Below are positions 13,201 through 28,200 of a stretch of 64,000 nt of DNA, piece by piece. Positions within the stretch are counted from its first letter, which is position 1, and the number at the start of each line of letters is the position of its first letter. The position numbers and the translations under genes were made by a program. The notes beneath the pieces were generated by a model. It ran no database searches. It was not told the origin of the DNA and was given only the letters and a program-made list of their open reading frames with translations. The stretch comes from Sphyrna mokarran. Taxonomy: Eukaryota. The stretch is taken from NCBI GenBank assembly GCA_024679065.1, contig JAGIQG010000009.1:36704001-36768000 (forward strand), given 5' to 3'.

Positions 13201-16200
13201 TGGGTTCAGCTCATATGGCACTGGCACCAGTATTGGAAAATGTAGGATCTTTACCACTGGGACAATCTATATCTGAACCATGCTGGAGCTGATATTCATG
13301 AAAGCCCCAAAACTGGGGAAATAGAGAGGATTTTAAACCAAGTAGTGGTGTGGGCGGGGGGAAGGAGGGAAATCAAATTTGACCAATGAAAGAGTAGAAA
13401 TAATGCATGAGAGTAAAGTACTAATATAGGAAATGATGAACAGACTTTGAAGGGAAGGGACAGAGAATTCAAATTTGAGATTAAATCAGCAGATAATGCT
13501 AGACCTACAAAAATAATAAAGGATAAAACTAAAGGCTCTGTATCTAAATGCATGTAGTATTCAAAACAAAAGAGATTAACTAATAGCACAAATAGAAATC
13601 TTGGTTTTGTGTTGCCTTGAATATAGAAGAGTAATGAGTGATCAAATGAGGTGTTTAAAATTATCAAGAAGATTGATAGGGTATTTGGAGAAAAAAACTA
13701 CTTTCACTGTTGGTGGAATCCAGAGAAGTATAACCTTAAAATTAGATCTACGTTCATCAGAGGGACATCAGGGAATTCTAATCCACACAAAGGATAATGG
13801 AAACCTGCAATTCTTCATCTCTCTGCCCTTTCAGATCCTCTACAAGAAAGTGCAGTTGAAGGCTCAGCTAATTGTAAATTGCAAAACAGATTGATAGGAT
13901 TTTTTTAAGAGTTACAGAGCCAAGGTGAATTGATGGAATTAAGGTGCAAATTGAATGATGGTGGAACAGGAACCAAGTGGCTGAATGTCCTCCTCTTGTT
14001 CCTGTGTTAACCTCTGGATCCAACTGAGATGTCATCTGCTGAAATTTTCTCTTCTCTATTCTCATCCTCCTTATTGTTTCTCTCCTTTTCTTACTTTCTC
14101 TGTTCCCTTCTCCCATTTCGTCTCCCCTTAGTTCTCCCTTGCTCTTTCATTTCTCCCCCTCTACCCCTCCTTTGTAACTATCCAATTTCTTCTTCACCTC
14201 CCCCCTTCTTTTGCAGCATTGTTGGATACTACCAGTTTTGGTTATGACTAATATTTATATATAATCTTTTTTTGAGTACAGACAAGGCTAGACTATGTTT
14301 GTTTGGATCATCTAAGAATGGATTTGGGTTTCGTGATAGCGACCTGGACATATGCATGACTTTGGAAGGCCATGAGACTGCAGAGGTGAGATTTGTTTTC
14401 AGGGTGAAGAAGCAATTGAATTGTGAATTGAAGGGAGGTGACCAGGTTGGAGGCGACCAGGTTGGACGGGCACAGGGCACAGGGTCCAAGGAAACAGGGA
14501 GCTCAGAGTGCCAATAATGCCGCATCATGGAACAAATTCAGTTTAAAGTTGATATTCAATATTTTTTAAAAACTGGCTGATTAACAAGCCCATTGGGCAC
14601 CTATCATAGACAATGAGATAGCTTGTGGAAATAACATTGTTGTATTGGCATCAACAAGTTTTTTTTTCAATAGAATTGCTATTTGTCTATTTGAGATCAT
14701 AAAGCTCTCACAGTGAATTTGTCATTTATCATTGCTACATTTATAAAGTCATATCCTATCCTTAGGACAGAATTTTCACTCCTATAGGGGGTGGATAGCC
14801 AGTTAAGGTGAGAGAATAGCCAACTAAGGCCTCTTACTTGAGGTCACATTGGGGCCCCAAGGTGTAAAGAACGAGGCCAAATGTCTGGAGGCAGCTTCCC
14901 AATGACACCTTCTCAATGGAAGACTGGGGAGCTAGTGCAGACTTTGAGGCCCTCTGCATTCCCTGGCTCTAGCTCCAGTCACAGGTCACCCTATACTCTA
15001 TCCACAATGCAGTGGCCATTTTTTATTTTTAAAGCTTTAAAAGTTACCCAGGGTGTCATTTTTTTTGTATTGTTTGAGGTTAAAGAATCCTTGTTAGTCT
15101 CCTGTGAAGGTACAGACAGATAATATATCCTGCGAAAGACACCTCTGGCATAGCTGGAGTTGGGAGAAATACGTTGGTGCACACCAGAACATGGTCGGGG
15201 ATCCTTGGATGCCTAGCCTTTAGTTTCCTATATTTTCCTGCATGGATTATGACAGTGGCTATTTGGTAATTGGACTCTTGGAATGTACTATGAGCATGTC
15301 ATCCTGTTGGGAGGAGGAGATTCATGTCCTCTCCAAGATATTCTGACAGTGGACGTCTGGACGAGTCCTTTTCCTATTGATAGGGTTTCCTTCATGGGGG
15401 GGAGAATTAGTAGAATCCTATTGATGGTGGGCCTGAATAGGGTCTCAGGTATGGCTAAAAATAGGGGAAGTTTATTTTGTTTGAAGCCAAGGGTGGTGTA
15501 AATACTCCTGGCCAGTTTGTGGTGATGTTCTAAGTAGGTTTGGGCAGTAGCTACTTTGATTCTTCATTCCCAGGCCTAGAAGAGAATATACTAGGTGAGT
15601 GAGTGAGTAAGCTGACCCCAAGGTGTCCCCTTTTGGGGACTTTTAGACAATTCCCCTTCTTGAGGTTTACGTTCCCCTGGATGGGTGTATCCTGTTGTTT
15701 GCGAGACCTGAGTGTCAGCCCAGATACTGGGGCTCCGCATTATCTGAGTTTCTGCGATGAGATTGTGTAGCTCTGTTCTGTGTACACAGTCAAACGACGT
15801 TTTATGTCTGTAGTCTTATCTTGTGTTCTTCTTTCTCTGAAGTTTCCTTTTATTATCTGGGTCAGTGGGGTGCTGATAAAGGCTCCAATTTATTATCATA
15901 AAAATCGGCATAGAAACCCATTTGATCCCATCGGGTTTCCCTCATGTCAGGAGGAGGAGATTGTGTCTACCCCAGATATCCTGTCTGTGGATATCTTGTC
16001 CATTTTTCTTCTGGTTGGAGGGGAATAGGTTAAATTTTCCAGCTAATGATGGAGCTTAAGGGGTATTTCTGGCATGGCTGGAGATAAGTGAGGCTTATTT
16101 TGTGGTGAACCCAAACGTGGTGCAAGAATCCTTGGCTTACTGGCTCTTTCATCTTGTCAATATCCCTTATTTTATTTGACTCTACGAGTAACAGCTATTT

Positions 16201-19200
16201 TGAAAATTCATTCTTAGAAATGTGGAGTTTATATTATCAGTTTAGGTCTCCCTAATATAAGATATCCTGTTATTTGTAGGGTCCGGGGTAAATTTAGATA
16301 CCTGGGTTCTATTTTATCTGCACTTTTCTAGTGAGGCTGTGTAGCACTGCTCCTGTTATCTTGTGTGTGAGAATGTATACCACCAAGGCCGAGTATCGGG
16401 TTTGGGACTGTATCATAATGTTGCTCTCTTTCTGGTCTATCCCTTCATTGTTCAGAGGTTTTGGTTCACTGCTTTAAACTTTGATTGATTTTATCTGACC
16501 CGTAGGGACTCACTTATGCAATATAGCTCAGTCCTTGTTATCCTGTGGATGAGAGCGTGCAGCATTGTGCTGTGTGCTCATGGCTTTATCCTGATATCCC
16601 CCATTCTGTATAGTATCCTTTCATTATCTGTACGAAGGGAGGTGCTGATTACAATGATCATAACGAATTGTAATTGATAATTGATATTCCAAGCCAATTG
16701 TAATGATACTTGCCTTTTCTATATGTGTATGTGGAAAATTGACTACGCTGTGTTGTATCAATCCTTGAAAATTTGTTGCGTTGTTTGGAAAAACGGGGGA
16801 AAAAAATCTTTGACAATGTCTTTTTTTTAAAAATTACCAAGCGGTACGTCAAACTGGAGGCACCTTCTCTAACTCTATCCACTGAAATGGCAGGTGCAGT
16901 TCCTTCTCCAGGCTTTCTATTGGCCCTTCACTTTGAGAATGGGAATTGGACAGTGAACGTGTCCTCTGACTGCTAATTGGCCAGAACACGGAAAATCACT
17001 ATTGGTTAATTGTTTCCCACGCAGTGTGGGGCAGTGGCCCCCATTTCACCCTGGTGTCACAGTCCAACCTGAAACCCAAAATCCTATCCTTGTACTGTGT
17101 TAATAAATTAAGCTCTAATTTTCTTGCAGAATTTTCTAATGAAACAGCTAACAGTGCAAAATTGCCCTGGTAAAAATTTGTATTTGCCAGTTAATTGATG
17201 GACTTGCATTTCTTCTTTATAGAGTAATATATATGATATTGAATTTCCCCTAACATCTCAATGTTTTAGAGTGCTGGCTTTCTTTCCTTGTTGGCACATA
17301 AGACTAGTGATTAAGAACAATCAGAGAGTGTTTGTTTTGTAGAGAATCTTTTATATCACCATGGAGTGCTGCTGCTTCCACCCAGCAGTTCTAAAGTAAG
17401 ATAAACAAATGAGTGAGACCAAACACAGGCTTATTTCTCTTTATTTATCATTTTAGACAGTTGTCCTTACAGCCATTTTTCAACAAAATGTAAAATTGAT
17501 CTGCGGGTATTTAAAATGTGCCTACTGTATCACACATTGGCTCAGTGGCTCCATGTGGTTATTTACACAGGATGGAAACTTTTGACTTCAAGCTTTATCA
17601 ATGGATGTGAGTTCATATTTGTTGCTAAAACTGCTGAAGTATAATGTTAGTGGCATATTACATTGTTGGAAACACCGTTCTGTGCACATGCTATCTCTGC
17701 CTCTCCTGTGGACAGTAAAGATCCTGAAAGATTCTTCTTCAGGATCTTGATTTTTTCCTTACCCCAAGGCATTCTCCCAGACCCAACTGTTAATCAGTTA
17801 TTCATCTTAGACCAACCTGGTGAAATACTTGGCCACGCCAATACATATTTGTCAAACAACTCAATAGGGGTATTGAATTGATTTATAGTGATTTTTACAA
17901 GTGCATGGCAGGCTATCAAGCATTTGAATGAAACTTATACAAGTGACCAACATGTAATGTACCTGTTAGTCATTGCTCAAGTTTATGTATTCTAATATAA
18001 GACAATATAAAGCAATTTTGTATTTTAGTCACCCTTAAGTCCCTTGTTCAAGCATACCATCTTAGATTATCATGATCACCAAGACAGTACATCTTGAAAT
18101 TATAATCACCCTTAAGAAAATGAACTACTTTTAATAAAACTGAAAGGTGATCTAAGTAAAATTCATACAAATGTCAAATTTGCTTGTAAAATGAATTTCT
18201 CATAAATACTTGTTATTCCAGTAATGACTTTGTGTTACAAAAGATTTTTCACAGAAAAACAAATAATAGCATAGGAGATTCATTGTAAAAATAGTTATGT
18301 CTTCTGACTGTTAAACCTTACTTTGTTGCATCACTGAAACATTGCATTACAGGGTGATGAAATTCTTGACTATGATAATACTAAACAATAAATGTGGTTG
18401 CACAAGTTGCATATATTTATTAAATGGGACCAGTTGATAGTATTTTGGAACACGATACATCAATTATATCTGTTAATGTCAGTGAACATTTTTCTTTTGC
18501 TTTAAAGTTGTTTGTCTCATTTTAGAAATGCATTGATTTCTTACAGAAACTCAATTGTAAAGAAATAATTGAAGGTCTGGCAAAAGTTCTCAAGAAGCAT
18601 CCAGGTAAGTGCTTTGTTTCTTTTTCTTAAGGTGGTATGAACATTTTTTGCATACATTTGTACTTTATGTATACACACAGAACGCTATTATTTCAAGATA
18701 TAATTGATCATGTAGCTGGAGCAAGATAGTTAAAAGCCTGGCTGAATTCCAAATCCTGGTCCTTTGGGTGGTTCTATTAGTGAGGTTAAACTTTTAACAG
18801 GCTCACCAGAAAACATCCGCTTCTTGGGCCAGATTTGGGAATTTTGCCATTTTTTAATTCATTGGTTATTTTCTTCATATCATGTGTTGTTAAGTCTTCA
18901 TAATAGTTGCTATTAATTTGCAACTATTTAATTTGCCTATGTCAATGCACCATTGATGCATTGACATAGGCACCCAGACGCTCCACCTCTGAGATAATGA
19001 AAAGTACATCACCAGACTTTTTTGTGATAGATGTTACAATGCTGTTAAGAGTCACAGCATGTATGGTGTGGTGGTACAGATCTAAATGGGGAATTTTCCC
19101 ACTGGCTTATGATTAAACATAAATATATACCTTCATAGCAGGCATAGTCAGAAGCTCACCATCCTTATTCATGGCAGAGATAGATAGCCGGCCATGTTGT

Positions 19201-22200
19201 CTCTGAGTCAGATCCAGCACTGGGATTACAGCAGCTGATTTATGCCCTTAGGGATAAACATCTAGTCACTTATCATTTTCTGGTGTGAAATCAAATGATG
19301 TATCTGGCTTGTTATTAAGGTATCCCTACGCACAAGCGAGGCTGTATACTTCCTGTTGCATATTGAGCTGTCTTTTGCTCTGGACGGATGTGTCTCAGCA
19401 AGTGTGAGATGGCAGAGCGGTACAGGCCTGACATTAACATGGTGATGGAGTGCATGTAAACCATAAAGAATATTAAACGTTCGAAGAAATTATCTTCTTA
19501 ATTTCATTCATGAGGGCTTTTAATTTTATTTGGAAAACCTGCATTTTATTTGCATGAGGAGTCTATTGTTTTTCAGTTTGTGTTGTATTCATGTTTTAAA
19601 TAACAGCATCAATCATTACCCTAAAGAAAGCATTTTAGCAATTTGTGCTCAGCAATGAATGTCTCCTATTTTGATAGGTTTGAGAAACATCTTGCCCATA
19701 ACAACAGCTAAAGTGCCTATTGTAAAATTTGAACACCGACAGAGTGGATTGGAAGGAGATATCAGCTTGTACAATACTTTGGTAAGGAAATCTGGAAGCT
19801 TTTCTTGCAGATATATCTGGATCCATGTTAAGTATAAAAATCTGTAGTTAGAACAAAAATTGTATATTGTTTACTAAGTTATCCAATAATTAAAAAATTA
19901 TTAAAAATGTAAACATGTTTTGTATGTGTGGGTTTATCTAGTGTGAGCTTGGTATTTGATCTGTGAAGTTGCAAGACTGCCCGTAATAACACTACATTTT
20001 ATAGGCCCAGCATAACACAAGGATGTTGGCGACATATGCTGCTATTGATCCTCGAGTAAGATATTTGGGATACACAATGAAGGTGTTTGCCAAGGTAAAT
20101 TTACAACATTGTTTGCAACTATTTGTCATTGATTTATTCCATTCATTGCATTTGGTCAGGTATTGTGCGGCATTATTTTGTTGTATTCAGATTAGAATAA
20201 AAAGTAGGGGTAAATGGTTGATTTACCCCATGAACTGTGCTGTAGCATCAGACCAGTCTTACACCATGTTTTTCTACATCATTCCCCTTATCAGGGGAAG
20301 GCAAAGAATGCAAATTTGGCATTGCCAAACAATAAAGATAACATTAAGAAGCCTGTGCCACTCACCTGCACCTATTGATCAATTACAAATTGGCAAAGTC
20401 CTAAGGTTCTGCCTTGATATTCAGCTATAAGACAGGAGAAAAATAACACTGAAATAGGGCACAACACAATTTCCCATTTTACCTTTTTGATTGCAAGAAT
20501 CGCATCTTAATGTCATAATAAAAATAAGTTGCAGTTTGCTTTGGGTTGTGAATCTTTGGAGTTCTCTACCAGAGGATTGTAAATGTTTCATCGCATTTAA
20601 GTCTGGGATGAACAGATTTTCAGTGTTTCAGGTAATTAAGGGATATGAGGGGCCAAGGTCAGGCTTAAATGTGCAGTCTATTCCTGCTCCTGTTTATTAT
20701 GTTTTTATAAAAATCAAATTTTATACTAAATTACTGTAAAGAATACAACTTAGGACTTTACTGTATGCTATCTTCCATGATTTAATGTCGTAATGCTATT
20801 CATCAAAAGGCGTGCATTTTTATTAAATAACTAACAATGAGATCACAGTTCTGTGGATGTTTGCCCAATATATTAAAATTAAACCAATAAAAAAATGGCT
20901 GTTTCTGCACCAGAACAACCACATACTCAATAGAATGCCATATTTAATGAAACTCAGCAAACGCCTTCAAACACTGATCTTATCCCGGTTTGCTCATTGA
21001 GTCTTATCTTAGGAAGGGTCTTTTGCAGATGTAGATGTAAAACTGGATTTAATAATTTTAATATATTTTAAGATTAGTACATCAATGAATGTTTGTTGCA
21101 TTATGTATTAATTTGATGAATGCCCATCCTCTTAAATGTAAAACATTTGATAATTTGAAAAAGAAAGTTACAGCCTCGGTCCTGCAAATTTTAGATTCAT
21201 ACTTGTAGCTTCTGCTTAAAAAATAGAGTTCACCATCTCTGTCATTTTTACCACTAGGTGCCTTCTTCATTAAAGCTGTTTCAAAACTGAAAAATCATTA
21301 AACATTTAATTACTAATAGTCAAAGTAGAAACTTAAATAAAGTTTTGTAAAATAATGAAATCAAATTTTGAATTTATATCATATTGTAATATACATTCTC
21401 AACGCACAATTTACAGGAGGACATAATGACACGGTTGTTTATATTCATTTAACAATTCAATGTGCGTCAGATTCAGTGTGGACAAAATTAAGGAATGCAA
21501 TATCCAGATGGGGTATTTTGAATAATTTCACATTTCGTGAACAGCTGGAGAGTAGTGGCAGCACCAGTATAAAAAGGAAATGCTGTGGATTCTAGAAATC
21601 TGAAATAAAAAAAACTAAAAAATGCTGGAAATACTAAGCAAATCAGGTCAGACAGCATTTGTGGAGCGAAAGAGAGTCAACTTTTCAGGTTGAGATTACT
21701 TGCAGACATATCCTACATTTCTGGTGAAAGAGTTGGGGCACTGCCGTAACAAGAATACTCTTGACGGTTACTCTTGCCTACGGAATCTGCATTATTTCTT
21801 TTATTTGTTCACAGACAGTGGAGGTTGCTGACTAGGCCAACATTTATTGCTCATCCATAATTTCCTTTTGAAAAGGTAGTGGTGATCCTTCTTGAACTGC
21901 TGTGGTCTATGTGGTATGGGTACACCTACACTGCTGTTAGGAAAGGAGTTCCAGGGTTTTGATTTAGCGAATGTGAAGGAATGGCAATTTCATTCCAAGT
22001 CTGGGTGCTTTATGGTTTGGTGTAGAAGTTGTAGTAGTGGTGTTCCCATGCATCTGTTGCCCTTATTCTTCATTGACAACAGAATAGCAACCAGGGGAAT
22101 GATTATATGTCTTTGTGAACTTGGATTTGAGGTATGACTGAAGCATACCTCCAGTTTTCATCTGATTGGGTTAGTGTGGAGTCTGTGAATTATTCATATT

Positions 22201-25200
22201 AAAATTAAATGGAACATTGATAAATCATGAAAAGTATGTACACATCTTTTTTTTAAAAATTCTTTCTAACTGAAACATGCCCTTTTTATAGCGGTGCGAT
22301 ATTGGTGATGCTTCAAGAGGAAGTCTGTCCTCATATGCCTATGTCCTCATGGTGCTCTACTTTCTACAACAAAGAAAGCCACCCGTTATTCCTGTTCTTC
22401 AAGAAGTGAGTATTAAAGTTCCTAATAAAATAAAATATAGGTACATTTTAGAACTCCTATATTGAAAATATGTGTATGAAATGCTGTCCTGTCAATGTAA
22501 ATGAAGTAGTCATTTAATAGGATAGAACTTGAGTATTGCTGAAAGACCTCTTTGTTTTGTTCATGGGTTATGGGCATCATTGACTGGGCCAACATTTATT
22601 GCCCATCCCTCAGGGCATTCAAAAGTCAACCACGATGCTGTCGAGGTAAGTACAACAGATTTCCTAAAGAACATTAGTGAGCAATAATTAACATGGTTTC
22701 GTGGTTTTTCATTAGACTTGTAATTCCAGATTCTTTTATTGCATTCAAATTTCACTGTGGTGGGATTTGAACCCGGATCCCCAATGTATTACCCTTGACC
22801 TCTGGATTATTAGTCCAGTGACAATGCCACTATGCCACTCCTTCCCCTTTAACTGCTTGCAGTTCACTGTCAGTCACCGTTAATTAATGTATTCTCCATG
22901 ATTCTACCAGATTACACTTACTAAGCAGTAAGCACTGCCTTCTCATACAATATGAAATTGTTGTTTCCCCTGACATTGGTATTCTTGCAGTTACCCTAAT
23001 GAGTGCAAGATGTAAGGTTTGAAAAATGTTTACATCTGTTGAATATATATCTGCTGAACTGTGGTAGTTAAAGGGAAAGTATAGACATTACATTTCTTCC
23101 TAAAGTGCTCTTTTGTTAATTAAAGGAAATTGTATTAATCTCTCTCCCTGTTAGACCATTTCAGTGGCCTTAATTATATGGGGTTGTTAATATGTCACAT
23201 GGTTTTCTGGAGTCTCCAGCAGCTTTGGTTTTTCTGACTAATCAGAAATTCCACTCATCAATTGGAATAACCAAGTGGAAAGGAATACTGTAACTTTTAT
23301 CTCCATTGCAGAGATAAAATTGATTTTTTTTTATTTAAAAAGTCAAAATATTTGGCAAATATATAATTTTTTTCTAATAAAAGGCTTACACTTCAAACAA
23401 AATATTATTCTTTCCCTTTGTTCCTGAATTGATACTTATTAACTTGGCTGACTTACTCTTTCCCTATGTTTAAACACCAAAGACAATAATTGCTTGTACA
23501 ATTTACTAGGTGCAGTTACTACAGCAGAATGTTTTTGGCTGAACAGTTTTGTTATCCGAAACCAGAAAAATATTTGTAAAAGATTATGTTTTTCATAAGA
23601 TATTGTATTTTTTTCTGAATGTTAATGTCCAATATATGATTCTATCTAATCTTTTCTGCTCTTCTGGCTAACTTGACTGAAAACTTTGAGGCTCCGTGGG
23701 TGCACATCAACTTGATCTTTGAAATTAATTTGAACTTTAAGACAATGAGCAATTCTTAGTACTGAATAAAAAACTATTGTTTTAATCCTGGAACAGAGAG
23801 AATATATTTCGTAACAAGTATGAATATTCAAACTATTTTGCCAGTCCTCCAAAATAATTTCCACGTCCATACTTTAATTAAAGCTTGAGATTTGCTTATT
23901 TTAGAATTTAGAAACTGTTTTTTGTGTGCAGCGACAAAAATGAATGAACACTTGTTTGCAGAAGGCGATGTTTTAGAAGACAGCAAGAGCAAGCAATGCT
24001 ACTGTTGTTACCTATGAAGAAAACCAAAGCAGTGGCCAAATTCAAGAATGGGTACTGTTATGTTTTATGAGCATCAGTGCTGGTATTCTTAAAAAAATAA
24101 TAGTACAGTACAAATCCAAAGCACTTGTGATTGTACGTGTGAATTTTTGTAAAGCAGGCATAAACTCTGAAACCAATTCTTTGTAGATTTTTGATGGAAA
24201 AGAAGTGCCGCAGAGAATGGTAGATGGATGGAATGCTTTCTTCTTTGATGATGTTGAAGAGCTGGTAATATATTGTTTTTGATTTATTACCTTCAAGATA
24301 AAACATGGATATATTGTAGTTAAATTACTGGGATTTAAGTTATGGGGAATCTTACTGAAACTGTTTAGAACCATGGAGTTTTACAAGCACATAAGATGAT
24401 AATTTTTCTCATCGTTTCTGTGCCAGACATTTGGAAAACAAAGCCATCGACTTCGACCTCCACTTAGACTCTTTCAGCATTTTTCTTTTTAAATATTTTA
24501 TTCAAATTAATTCTGCTTCCAACACTTTAAAGACTATCTATCCCATCCTGCATATAAAAAAATGTTATCTTCCTTTGTTCTTTATGTTGCAAGTTTAATG
24601 CCCATTGGCATTAAACTGTCTCACTGAACAGTTGATAAATTTCCTCACCAGTACCATCTGTTTTTCTTAAAAGAACTCTTAAATTTGTTGGACATGATTT
24701 TCCTTCTATTAATCTGTGAATTTAGGCTGTTTTTAAATGACCAGTTTTTTTCCAAACTATTATTTTTATCCTGTAATAATGTCTCGAAGGTTTTATCCAC
24801 TAGCAATATTGGGCTGACCACTCTATATTACCTTGTTTATTCCTATCTCCCTTCTTAAACACAGGTGTTACAAATCCTCCAGTCCTCTGGCACTGCTTCC
24901 ATGTGCAAGGATGTTTGAAAGATTGTGGTCAGAGCTTTGGTTTCCTCATTTACTTTGCTTAGTATTCTAGGATGCATGCTATCAGGGCCCAGAGCTTTTC
25001 CACTTTCAAGTTTCACCTAAGTGTTTCAATGCTAACTAACCTCTTCAGTGCTTAATATCCTAGAACTAGAATCAGAATTGCTCCCTTCTTTGTCAAAAAT
25101 GTATTTGTCATGGTCAATGTGATAATTCTACTGTTGGGGAAATTGTGCTGAATTACTTTGTTTAACTGCCTGATTTTACAGATCAATGTTGTAGACATTT

Positions 25201-28200
25201 TTCATATAACATACTGAACTCCTTTTCTAAAATATATCTCCTCTGTGCTTTAGAAGAAAAGGCTGCCTGAACTTGGAACAAACAAAGAATCAGTGGGTGA
25301 ACTCTGGTTAGGCCTGTTGCGATTTTATACTGAAGAATTTGATTTCAAGGAGTATGTTATCAGCATCAGACAGAAAAAGCTTTTAACAACATTTGAAAAG
25401 CAGTGGACTTCAAAGTGCATTGCTATAGAAGGTATTATTAAATTATCAAGTATATGCTTCAGTTGATAGAACCACACTAATTCCAAGAAAATTGCATTGT
25501 TTTAGGGACTAGAATCAATACAAAGCTCAGAAAGATGCTGCACTCCTATCTTTATACAGATCCACCGTCATCATTATGTCTACTGACGGTACACACAGCT
25601 AGATTTTTGCTTTGTCCTTTTGAACCCTTACAACAACTCATTATGATTATCTTTATTATTTTAAACAAGGCTGGAGTATCACCTTCAGTCATCTTTTATT
25701 ACCTTCCCCTACATTGCTCAATTGACGACTATTGTTCTATGCCTGGTTCTTTTGCCTGAAGGCTCATGGTGATCATTTATGCTGTAACTGATCACTTTGG
25801 ATTTAATTTTACCAGAAATTTGGGAGCCTGAGGTCGACTGAAAAGCCTGGGTCAGGCCCAGGTGTGAGCAGCTCAACAATTTGACTGAAGATAGCCTCCT
25901 AATTGGCCACCTACAGGCACACGATCCAATTAAGGATGCCAGGTTCACTCCTGCTGTGGTTCATCTGAAGTCTCATTAATGCCATCAGGAGAGTGGGCAC
26001 TACTGAGGCTGGTTAGAGACCTTGAGGCACTGCATAATGGAGGTGCCCATAGACAAACAAGCACAAATTGAAGTTCATATGCAAAGAGTGGCACAGTGAT
26101 TAGCATTGTAGTATCAGTGCCAGGGACCCAGGTTCAGTTCCGGCCTCGGGTCACTGTCTGTGTGAAGTTTGCATGTTCTCCCCTGCCTGCATGGGGTTCC
26201 TCCCTGTGTTCCAGTTTCCTCCCACTCTCCAAAGATGTGCGAGTTACATTGATTGGCCATGTTAAATACAGGGGGTGATAGGGTCTGGGTGCAGACTCAA
26301 TGGGCCTAACGGCTTCCATTTGCACTCTGTGATATTAAGTCAGTGGGCCTCATAGAATGAATGGAAAACAACTCCAGAGAAATCAGTGGAGCAGGAGCTG
26401 CCTAGCCTGCCTCCTTCTGCCTATCCTTGTGTGTAAACCCCCATTACCTAGGATCCTGGTCAAGTCCAAGACTCCTCACTCAGCGGATTCACCTCAGCTT
26501 CAGCAAAATGCCAGTAGCTCCATAAAAGAGCCCAAAATCAGGCCTTTCCCAACTATGAAAAATATGGGGGAACAGAAGTCTGTCTGATGACAGGACTATA
26601 ATAGGAAGTTATCCTGATGAGGCCCTTGCTAATTTCTTGCTGATCTCTAAACTTCTCATCCACCTCCATTCTTGTCACCTGGGTGACCACTAAAATTTAG
26701 CTTTTTGTTCAGAAAGGTGGAATATTGCCTGTTCATTGCTTACTACCATTGCTGCTCATTAGCGGCAAGTACATGAAAGTTTCCTGAAGTCATACCTCCC
26801 AGCTTTCTCATTCCTTATAGATGAGTTGGCCTGTGTTCACTGTTTCTGCTCTTCGTCTGACCAATTTTGGGTACTGTTGGGAACAAAGCATGTGCTGTCA
26901 CTGTCATCTCTCAGCTAATCATTTTGATGAGCATATGTAATGCTCCTACTTGTGTTTTGTCAAATATTTTAGTTTCCCAAAGTGTAAACTTCACATTTTT
27001 GCCTTTGCATTATCGTTAATAAGCAGACAGTATTTTCTGCTGGATTTTCTTGTCATTATTGTTGTTTGTAGCTAAAATAACCAATTATTTTTTATATTGC
27101 TTTGTCCACTGATCATTAATTAAATTTCATATTTGTCCATTGCCATCTGGAAGAAGTATAAAAAGGTGAAATAAATAAAAGTGTTGCAAAAGTATTAGAA
27201 TATTCTGAGACCTTGAAATTCAAGGGTAGTCACATCATAAATTTCTAGTAATCCTGTGATAATAGAATAAATGAATGAAGAGAGCTAATACCATCTTATA
27301 CAAGATGTAGTGATGCCAGAACTTATTTTTCAGATCCTTTTGATTTGAATCACAATCTTGGTGCTGGAGTTTCAAGGAAAAGTAAGTCCTCGTACCTTTA
27401 AGCTGTTCCCAAGTTTTTTTTTGCATCAAAAAGCATGAACGTGACTCTGATACCAATGTTTGCTATCTTTGCAGTGACCAACTTTATTATGAAAGCTTTT
27501 ATTAATGGACGCAAATTATTTGGTACACCTGTATATCCACATCCTGGCATGGAAACAGTATGTAAATACAATTATTTTACTGTATCTTTGTTGTTAATTA
27601 AATGACACTTGCATTGTCAATCTTAACTCCTATTAAATAAAACCCCAGTAATGTCACCTCTTGGCGTTACAATAACATTTTATTATATGACAAATTAATA
27701 TCAAGTTAATTGTAATATTTCCAACCACATTTGTCTATGGTGATTTTACTATAGAAGATAGAAAATAGGTCTTTGAAATAATGAAAGGTTTGACAGGATA
27801 GACGTAGGGAAAAGGTTTACACTGTAAGAGAATTCAAAAATTGGGGCCATAATTATAAAATAATTGCTTATGAATCCAATAAAGAACTCAGAAGAGACTT
27901 CTTTGGTTAGCATAAAAACCATGCAACCACAGGAATAGTTGAGGCAAATAGCATTGTTGCCTTTAACGAACACTGGTTAAGAACATGAGGGAGAAAGGAA
28001 TAGAAGGATAGGCAGCGAGGATTCACTGAAGTAGGATGGGAAGAGGTTCAAGTGCAGCATAAAAACTGAAATAGATTAGTTAGACTGAATGGCCTGTTCC
28101 TGTGTGGTAAATTTGATGTCATTAATTATTATTAATAACATCAAATACAGCTGTTGTAAATGCCATCTTCATTTCAAACTATATTTTACGTGGTGTTTGT

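Noticed and set aside
19290-19432. Possible C/D snoRNA (ATGATG...CTGA) in a TUT4 intron
   Set aside because: The C box is imperfect and I saw no terminal stem or recognisable rRNA guide.
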